Source of the DNA: a virus
DNA length: 64,000 nt
Strand: one strand, 5' to 3'
IMG/VR virus record: IMGVR_UViG_3300009506_000017
Coordinates: 7,327-71,326 of that record
The first letter of the stretch is position 1. Each line of letters begins with the position of its first letter. This document shows positions 36,627 through 44,039 of the stretch, piece by piece. Position numbers and translations under genes: made by a program. Under the pieces are notes generated by a model. It did not search any database and had not been told where the DNA came from. It saw only the letters and a program-made list of their open reading frames with translations.

Positions 36627-37476
36627 GAAGGACCGAAGACGGGACATCATCGTCGATTCGTTCGACACCGTCTGGTGCTACCTGAACGAGCTGAAGTACT
36701 CCGGGGGTGGCAAACCGGAGATAGGGATTGCGCTGGAGCATATCTACACGATTGCCCACCAGTCCTGGCGCAACGAGTGCGACGCACGCGATGCACGAGA
36801 GACCCTTCGTGACCGTTTTGCGATGGCGTTCATCGCCGGTGGAGCGAGCTCCCCAGAGGAGGCCTACGCAGCCGCTGACCGCATGCTCGAGCATCGCGAG
36901 ATCCGGTGTTCACACACCTACGCAAATGGACCCCAGTGCTCCCGTAGGAGCGGCCACGAGGGGCAGCACCTATACCGGTGTGCGAGCCCGAAGTGTCCTG
37001 GGTACCCGTATCCAGCGAGCAAGCTGGCCCACCCATGCAAGGAGACAGACAATGCGTGAGCAAATCGCTGCTGTACGGCGCGTACTGCGCGCGGTGGAGG
37101 AGCTGTCTCCTTGCTGTCCAGTGTGCGGACAGAACTTTGAAGAACACCTGAGGGGATGTGAGTTCGCACAGCTGAAGGAATTCGCTGATCCGCGGCCGCT
37201 ACCCAACCCGGACCTGCTCGAGGAGGCCTCACGGAGGGGATGATGCTCGACCCACGTCCAGGCCAGCTCGTGCGGTTTCACTACGCACGGAAGTGGTGGC
37301 GCAACGCCATCTACCACGAGCGCCATGGTGTAGTCGTGGTGGTCTGGAATGGGAGAGGACCCCGGAACGTGGGTGTCCGACTCCGTGAAGGCACACTGGT
37401 GTGCGTTCCGAGGGGACACCTGGTCGAGTACGACCCCGACTGGAAACTCAAGCGCAAACAGCAGCAGCTGTTCTGA
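36619..37476 (+). CDS. Three small hypothetical genes (36619-37059, 37052-37243, 37240-37476)
   Basis: Coupled overlaps; Cys/His motifs; the last is KOW/SH3-like. Confidence 0.55.
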
Positions 37477-37486
37477 GGAGGCGACG

Positions 37487-38101
37487 ATGTACAACAAACT
37501 GCGATATCGGCTCAAGGGCATCCAACCGATGATTATGGCCAACGGACGAATGGCCGACCCACTGGATCCATTCGCTAAGCTACTGCACAAATTGGCAATC
37601 AAGAAAAACAAGGTGGACAAGGACCATATGGACATGGCTCACGTTGAATGGGCTGGATGTCTGTACCACACCGATGGCGACATAAGCTTCAACGGTGTCA
37701 ACGTCATCTTCGACGAGTCCATGCGAGTCATTGTTCCGGCAGAAAATATCAAGCGACTCATCCGAGACGGTGCTGCAAAAAGCCGGGAAGGCAAGTTGGT
37801 AAAAGCGGGTGTCATCATCCCCTCTGATCCATTGTTGAACTATGGCAACGGTCCACCCAACATCAACGAACTCATGAAGCTACACCGGTATTCGTATCGG
37901 AAGCGAGTCGGGCTCAGGGGGAGCTCGGTCATGCGAACACGGCCGATTTTTCGACAATGGTCACTCGATCTGGACATTGAACACGACTCGACCATTATCG
38001 ACGCGGACAAGATCGACACCGCGCTCACGACAGCCGGTCACGTAATTGGCTTGTCTGACTGGAGACCAGACACCGGAAGATTCATTGTCGAAAAACTCTG
38101 A
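37487..38101 (+). CDS. Solo RAMP-superfamily (Cas7-like) RNA-binding protein
   Basis: N-terminal strand RLKGIQPMIM, helix IVPAENIKRLIRDGA, VMRTRPIFRQWS, C-terminal Gly loop AGHVIGLSDWRPDTGRF; GAGGAGG RBS. Confidence 0.8.
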   Translation: MYNKLRYRLKGIQPMIMANGRMADPLDPFAKLLHKLAIKKNKVDKDHMDMAHVEWAGCLYHTDGDISFNGVNVIFDESMRVIVPAENIKRLIRDGAAKSREGKLVKAGVIIPSDPLLNYGNGPPNINELMKLHRYSYRKRVGLRGSSVMRTRPIFRQWSLDLDIEHDSTIIDADKIDTALTTAGHVIGLSDWRPDTGRFIVEKL

Positions 38102-38655
38102 CCATCCGGGCGTGACAACCCTGATGGTCACCAATATCGGAGCGGAATGGACGGGACCGGAAGGCAACCCACCGGAGCCCAGCGCAGCGGAGAGCAGTGG
38201 AATGCACGGCAGCGGACCGGAGAGCAAACCAACGGAGCCCACGACTGGTGTGACAGCCCTCGTGGGCGCAACGCAACCCACGGCACCGCAAGGGAAAGGA
38301 CAGGAGCGGAGCCCAGCGCAGTGGATTGGAATGCAACGGAGTGGAGAGCAAACCAACGGAGCCCACGACTGGTGTGACATCCCTCGTGGGCGCAACGCAA
38401 GGCGAACGGATCCCAGTGCAGGGGAGAGGACTGCAACGGGCCGGGGAGCAGCGGACTGCAGCGGACTGGAGAGCAAACCAACGGAGCCCACGACTGGTGT
38501 GACAGCCCTCGTGGGCGCAACGCAATTCACTGCACCGCAAGGGAAAGGACCGGAGCGGAGCCCAGCGCAGTGGAGCGGAATGCAACGGAGCGAACCGGAG
38601 AGCAAACCAACGGAGCCCACGACTGGTGTGACAACCCTCGTGGGCGCAAAGGAGT
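38101..38655 (+). ncRNA. Putative guide-RNA array: four [SSA-NN] pentamer tracts separated by conserved hairpins
   Basis: 53-bp block GGAGAGCAAACCAACGGAGCCCACGACTGGTGTGACAnCCCTCGTGGGCGCAA at 38219, 38343, 38468 and 38597; 77 of 82 pentamers start with GGA, GCA or CCA. Confidence 0.8.
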
Positions 38656-38662
38656 AACTGCA

Positions 38663-39145
38663 ATGGACATTCACCCTGTCGACGTTGCGCAACTTCAGAA
38701 GGGCGACGTTATATCAGTTGAACGAGTCGAATCAATCACTGGAACCAGACGCGATACGCAAGAATTTGACTTTGCTCTGATGTCTCTTCGTGACTTCATA
38801 GAACGGGAGAGCGCCAAGGTTGGTGACCCACTTCTGTGCAGAACCCGAAACGGGGATCTGATCGTGATGCATGATGCGGAAGCGGTTCATTACACGCGTT
38901 CCCAGTTCTGCTGTGGAGAGCAAAAGATGTACCGCAACATGGCGAGAATGATGGCAGTAGACCCATCGAAACTGTCGGAGAACGAACTCAAGACATACGA
39001 CACCAACATGCGCAATTGTGGTGCGAAGATTGCGTCCCTGTCTGCCATGACGTCAGGCAAGCGAACGATCAGCATTCGCAGAGACGGAAACCGACTTCTC
39101 GTAGATTCTGCTGGAACAAACGATGAAGACACATCCGTACGCTGA
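38663..39145 (+). CDS. Hypothetical protein directly downstream of the array
   Basis: AAGGAG RBS at the array end, ATG 38663. Confidence 0.75.
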   Translation: MDIHPVDVAQLQKGDVISVERVESITGTRRDTQEFDFALMSLRDFIERESAKVGDPLLCRTRNGDLIVMHDAEAVHYTRSQFCCGEQKMYRNMARMMAVDPSKLSENELKTYDTNMRNCGAKIASLSAMTSGKRTISIRRDGNRLLVDSAGTNDEDTSVR

Positions 39146-39407
39146 CAGGCTAGCTCGCGAGCTCCACCTGGACTCTGCAACGGGTCACATTCGTGGACCA
39201 CGGGCACTCGAGATAATCTCACGAGTGCTATGGCAAGCGGCCGATAGGTCCGAAGTCTGTACTCCATCTCCAAGGTCGTCGGTATGGAAACTACTTGGAG
39301 ACATCCGTTGCTGGCGGTGTGGATCAGACAATGTCGAGAAACGTGGACAGCTTTCCGATGCGACGTACTGGTGCATGGACTGCAAGACGTCATGGAGAGA
39401 AGGATGA
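39123..39407 (+). CDS. Hypothetical protein with C-terminal Zn ribbon
   Basis: CWRC...CMDC. Confidence 0.55.
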   Translation: MKTHPYADRLARELHLDSATGHIRGPRALEIISRVLWQAADRSEVCTPSPRSSVWKLLGDIRCWRCGSDNVEKRGQLSDATYWCMDCKTSWREG

Positions 39408-39673
39408 ACGTGAACCAACGGATTGCATGGCTCCGAACCACGACGGATCTCAGCGTACGTGAGGCGGCGCAGCTGCTCGGCATGAGCTGGAGCGGTCTTG
39501 CCCGCATTGAACGCGGGGACCGCAGCCCGAGCCTGGAGACCCTTCGCAAGGTGCATCATGTGTATGGGGTGAGCATCACGTGGCTGCTGGGGATGGACGG
39601 AGCCGTGTTTCCTGACAAGCAAGACGTCGTCAAGTCGGTAGAGGAGAGGCGCCATGGCCAACCTACCTCCTGA
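39404..39673 (+). CDS. XRE-family HTH transcriptional regulator
   Basis: LSVREAAQLLGMSWSGLARIERGDRSPSLETLRKV...GVSITWLL. Confidence 0.9.
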   Translation: MNVNQRIAWLRTTTDLSVREAAQLLGMSWSGLARIERGDRSPSLETLRKVHHVYGVSITWLLGMDGAVFPDKQDVVKSVEERRHGQPTS

Positions 39674-40211
39674 AGCGGAACAGGCAACGCGTCCACCGTC
39701 TGGCGCGATACGCATCATCTGCGATGCCGTACGCCAGGAGATACGGGCCATGGGGATCCTCGAGCAACCGTTCGCGATGCAGGCGCCCCCGCCACGCGAC
39801 CTGGACGCGGAAGATGCAGTGTGCTCCACAGCGTTCGAGGGCAAGCTTCCGCAGAATCTCAGTCACCTGGACTTTTGGTCGGCGCTGAACGCCTCCATCT
39901 ACATATCGTGCCAGCTCCAGATCGGAAAGGGGATCAAACCCAGTGTGGAGTTCATTCTGAAGGCGATGTCAAGACAAGGGTTTGCCGGCGCGGAGCTCGA
40001 GCGGGCAGTCCTCGACATCATCACCAAGGTTCCATATGCCGTTGATCTAGAAGAGAAGGCATGGAGGATTCGCACCCTCGCCAAGCGGCGCAGAGCGCTC
40101 CGGATCGTGGAGCAGTTGGACGCAGTGATCCGCGTTCCTGACACCAAGTCCGATGAACTCGAACGTCTAGCGAAGCAGCTTGGAGAGGTCCTCAGTGGCG
40201 AAGACACTTGA
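39654..40211 (+). CDS. DnaB N-terminal-like helical protein (helicase partner/loader)
   Basis: DFWSALNASIY..C..QI.KG.KP pattern; sits directly before the helicase. Confidence 0.4.
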   Translation: MANLPPEAEQATRPPSGAIRIICDAVRQEIRAMGILEQPFAMQAPPPRDLDAEDAVCSTAFEGKLPQNLSHLDFWSALNASIYISCQLQIGKGIKPSVEFILKAMSRQGFAGAELERAVLDIITKVPYAVDLEEKAWRIRTLAKRRRALRIVEQLDAVIRVPDTKSDELERLAKQLGEVLSGEDT

Positions 40212-41379
40212 TCCCAACCGGTTCGCCGACGATACACGTGACATGCTCGGCGAACCCCCAGCCGGTCGTTTCGATGACGACGACGCACTCGACGAGCAGC
40301 GCGGGCTTCGTCCGGTCAAATTGGTCGAGGGCAACAAGGTGGAGATCGTTCCGCCGCTGAAGTGGATCGATGCGAACGAAGCCGCCAAGCCGCTGCCGGC
40401 TCCGAAGTGGGTGTGCCACGACTTGTACGTGTGCCCAGGCAGGCCGTGTATGCTGGCCGGATACGGATACTCAGGCAAGACGATCATGAGCCAGAGCGCC
40501 GTGCTCCAGGCAGCAGCGGGCGAGCCCATCTGGGGCCAGTTCCGGGCTGGACCAATCAAGGCGTGCCACCTCGACCATGAGCAAGGTCGCTACGCCACCC
40601 TCAGGAGGTACCAGCGTTTGGCTCATGGCCTCGAGCTCGACTTAGAGGACCTCCAGGGCAACTTCCGGGTCGCATGTCTACCGAGGGTGTACCTCACGAC
40701 CCAGGGGGTGTTCGACATCTACTGCAAGGCGCTGGAGGGCTGGGATCTGTGCATATTGGACAGCGTTCGGGCGGCCACCCCAGGAATCGATGAGAACGAC
40801 AGCGCAATCCGGCGCTACATCGACCTATTGACCGAGGTATCGGAGAAGATCGAGATCGCTTTCTGGCTGATCCATCACTTCGGCAAGCCCAAGGAGGGAG
40901 GCAAGAACGAGCAGAAGTACAGGCTTAGGGGCAACTCGGCGATATTCGATGCATGCGGCACTGTGTTCGCCCTGGCGGCTGGAGAGGTCGGGGAGCCGAT
41001 CGAGGTCAAGAACATCAAGTCCGCCGCGGAAGCCGAGGGGGGAGCCATCGACACCTTCTACACACGGATCGAGGACGTCCCCTACCGCGGGAACAGCAGC
41101 GGTGGCCTCATAGTCCGCTATCTGCCTGCGAAGCAGGTGGAGCCCACGGACACCCCTGAGAACCGCTTTGCTCAGGCCAAGCAGGTCGTGCTCGACTACA
41201 TCCGGAAGCACCCGGGATGCGGTGGACGCAATGAGATCGCAGAGCACACCGGACTGGGACGACCACGTGTGAGCCAGTCGCTGAAAGAATTGGAGAGCTC
41301 GGGCTTCATTGAGAATCGGGGTGGTTCAGCACAAACACCAAGGCTGTACGTTATGGAACGTCCGGGAGAGGATGTATAA
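40180..41379 (+). CDS. RepA-like (AAA_25) replicative helicase with C-terminal wHTH
   Basis: AGYGYSGKT Walker A, LDHE, ILDS Walker B, IHHFGK, LRGNSAI; C-terminal HTH GRNEIAEHTGLGRPRVSQSL. Confidence 0.85.
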   Translation: MERSSVAKTLDPNRFADDTRDMLGEPPAGRFDDDDALDEQRGLRPVKLVEGNKVEIVPPLKWIDANEAAKPLPAPKWVCHDLYVCPGRPCMLAGYGYSGKTIMSQSAVLQAAAGEPIWGQFRAGPIKACHLDHEQGRYATLRRYQRLAHGLELDLEDLQGNFRVACLPRVYLTTQGVFDIYCKALEGWDLCILDSVRAATPGIDENDSAIRRYIDLLTEVSEKIEIAFWLIHHFGKPKEGGKNEQKYRLRGNSAIFDACGTVFALAAGEVGEPIEVKNIKSAAEAEGGAIDTFYTRIEDVPYRGNSSGGLIVRYLPAKQVEPTDTPENRFAQAKQVVLDYIRKHPGCGGRNEIAEHTGLGRPRVSQSLKELESSGFIENRGGSAQTPRLYVMERPGEDV

Positions 41380-41406
41380 AAGTGGCACGGCGCATGCTTT
41401 CAGCAA

Positions 41407-41676
41407 GGTGGGATCGGAGGTGGGATCGGGGCCACTTTCTGCGTCGCATCAAATGTGCGTCAAGTACTGGAGATGATTGTCGAACAGGTGGGATCGGAGT
41501 CGCCGATCCCACCTCGGTGGGATCGGAGGTGGGATCGGGGTGGGATCGCGCCTGCAAAAGAGCTGCAAATCCTTCAACTGCAACCCTCTCCACGGGTGGG
41601 ATCGCCCCCCCCTCCCCCTTTTACGAAGTAAAAGGGGGGGGCGAACACCACCTGGAAGGGTGGGTCCGATCCCACC
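41407..41676. repeat. Putative replication origin: GGTGGGATCG iterons and a C/G hairpin
   Basis: Seven direct copies (41407, 41419, 41487, 41516, 41528, 41539, 41595), two inverted copies (41504, 41667); hairpin CCCCCTTTTAC-GAA-GTAAAAGGGGG at 41614-41638. Confidence 0.75.
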
Positions 41677-41719
41677 TGTCCCACCTTGAAGGAAAAAACG
41701 AGACAGGAGATTCGAAGAG

Positions 41720-43375
41720 ATGGCCTGGATATTGTATGCCGACGATGAGCAGGTCGAACTGGAGAACGTGGGACGCCTGCTCGTTCGACTTCACGATTGG
41801 AACATCTGGCACATGTCGCTCGCCCATGGGGTGATGGCGTTCTGGGCGCGAGTGGATCGTGCCAGCGTACTCGATGATCCCAAACGTCGAGCCTGGCTGC
41901 GCCGGCACATCTTTGCGCTCGAGCAGGCAGAGCCGCCGGAGCGGTTGCAATGACGAATCCCTACCGTACTCCATGGGAAAAGCCGCCTCCAGTGTGTGTG
42001 TTGCGCAACCTGGAGATCCATACACGCGTGCTCGACATCTGCCCACGATGCAACCGTGGTGGCTGCTGGACCTGCAATGGGAGAAGGGCTGTTCACACAG
42101 TGGAGCACACCCGGAGTCCGACGTGGCTGACGATGTACATCGAACCATGCGAGTTCCATGGTGGAAAGCACCACCTATTCCAGCACTGCCTGTGGTGCAA
42201 TCACTCATGGATCGTGGAGGACTCATGGTCTGGCTGATCTGGAACAAGGCGAGCAGTAAGCCGTACCTACAGCTGGCCTGGAAGACACGGGAGGAAGCAC
42301 GCAAGGAGCTCGTCGAGCTCCTAAGGCCATATCCAAAGGGCCACGAGTGGAGGCGTTGTCTCGAACTGCGAGAGCGCAGGTGGATTCCGGTGGGATTCCA
42401 ACTGGTGGGGTTCGGCAAATGATCATCGATTTGGAGAAAAAGAAGCTCGAGTTGAAGCCTAAAAATGCTCTGCCTGTGCAGACTCACCGGAGTAAGAAGA
42501 CCCGATACTGCCTACACAGGTCCGTGCTTGTCGATGACAACGCCCGCACGGTGGAGTGCTCGAAATGCGGGGCGAACCTTGATCCGTTCGCGGTTCTGTT
42601 GACCTACGCCCGCGATGGGGACCGCCTTCGTTGGATGTACCTGGAGATACAACAAGCGAATAAGACCATAGAGGAACTGAAGGCTGAGGAACGACGGGTG
42701 AAGGCACGGCTGAGAAACGCCAGAAAGAAGGGCGCATGACGAGAGCTAGCGAACCTGATTGGACTCGGATTGGACGATGGTGCAACGCTGAGCGTCGATC
42801 GATCTGGGCACGTGTCAACCAGCGTCTTGGGGAGCCTCCACACTCATTGGAGATCTGCGCGGGGCGTGAGGGTGACGACTTCTACAAGCATATCCTGTCT
42901 GACGATCCATGTTGGCCGTGGCTGCACGAGCTCGTCTCGAGAGCGATATGGTTCGCTCGAACGAACGAGGAAGGTGGGCCATGAATGAGGTCGAGCCGCG
43001 GCTGAGAAACGCCAGAAAGAAGGAAGCATGAGAGTGTTGATCGTTGCTTGTTGGCTCGTGAAGGTCGAGCAAAAGCCGCACCCGTACTTCGCTGACATGT
43101 GTCGCGCGGTGCGGACATCGTTTACCAGTGACACTTGCAGGATAGTCACTGGTGGAGCATCAGGTCATGAGCCTAACGATTCGGATTTACACGTCGTTCA
43201 CGGAGCATGGCTTGTCGACGTTGAACGGGACGAGCTCCTCACCGAGACCGACCAGAGTGCGCAGCTGCTCGATCTGGTCGATGAAGCAATGACCGAAGCC
43301 TTGGTTGATGGCGCCAAGGTGATAACTGGTGGCATGACCGCCCACCACGTAGGCGTAGACGATGAAGGAGACTGA
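41720..43375 (+). CDS. Cluster of small hypothetical genes (41720-41953, 41950-42237, 42419-42739, 42736-42984, 43028-43375)
   Basis: Coupled ORFs with RBSs; Zn ribbons (CPRC, CSKC). Confidence 0.55.
42707..43023 (+). repeat. 25-bp direct repeat CGGCTGAGAAACGCCAGAAAGAAGG
   Basis: Exact copies at 42707-42731 and 42999-43023. Confidence 0.85.
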
Positions 43376-44039
43376 GCTGGCAGCAGCCGTTGTCTCATGG
43401 CTTCGGTCCAACGGGTGGCACGTTTGGCAGGAAGTCCGCGGCATCGACATAGTGGCCACGGCCGACCACCATCGGATTTGGGCGATCGAGTGCAAGACTG
43501 CTCTCAACTTCGAGGTCATCGCGCAGGCCGCGGACCGGGGGTACACGGTGCACTGGGTATCGGTGGCTGTGCCACACAAGACCAACCGGAAAACCAGCCA
43601 GCAGTCGCGGGGACACTATTTGGCTCGCGAGGTTCTCCGTGAGCGTGGCGTCGGCTTGTTGTTCGTCGACAAGGGAAACGTGTGGGTAGAGTCCGAAGCG
43701 AAGCTCTGCAGGCGTCTTGGTGACCGATTGATCCTTGGATACGTGAAATCGCTTCGGGCTCAGTTGGCTGATACTCCGCAAGACTTCTGCGCCGCTGGTA
43801 CGAGCTCCCCATCGCCATGGTCCCCATTCAAGAGCACGGTCAATGAGCTGATAGCGCATGTCCAGCAGAATCCAGGGACCAGCATCAGGGATGCGGTACG
43901 CGCTATCGAGCACCACTACCGGCGCGATAGTACAGCTCGCGCATGCCTCACCCACTGGCTCAGCAAGGGGATCATCAAGGGAGTGCGCATCGATCGAAGT
44001 GGCAAAGCCTGGAAGTTGTACCCTCAGGAGGTGATGTGA
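43362..44039 (+). CDS. PD-(D/E)xK nuclease-like protein with C-terminal HTH
   Basis: QEVRGIDIVA...WAIECK...AQA. Confidence 0.65.
   Translation: MKETELAAAVVSWLRSNGWHVWQEVRGIDIVATADHHRIWAIECKTALNFEVIAQAADRGYTVHWVSVAVPHKTNRKTSQQSRGHYLAREVLRERGVGLLFVDKGNVWVESEAKLCRRLGDRLILGYVKSLRAQLADTPQDFCAAGTSSPSPWSPFKSTVNELIAHVQQNPGTSIRDAVRAIEHHYRRDSTARACLTHWLSKGIIKGVRIDRSGKAWKLYPQEVM

Noticed and set aside
38219-38649. Canonical CRISPR array (53-bp repeat x4)
   Set aside because: The intervening sequences are about 70-76 nt of strict 5-nt periodicity and resemble each other, rather than being unique contiguous spacers; no cas1/cas2 or effector operon is present
38046-38663. ORFs 38046-38657 (+), 38082-38663 (-), 38128-38520 (-) and others over the array
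   Set aside because: They are translations of a period-5 repeat, lack RBSs and overlap neighbouring genes; hairpin covariation favours RNA function
41382-41834. Protein-coding ORFs across the iteron region
   Set aside because: Translations mirror the GGTGGGATCG repeats (RWDR); no good RBS
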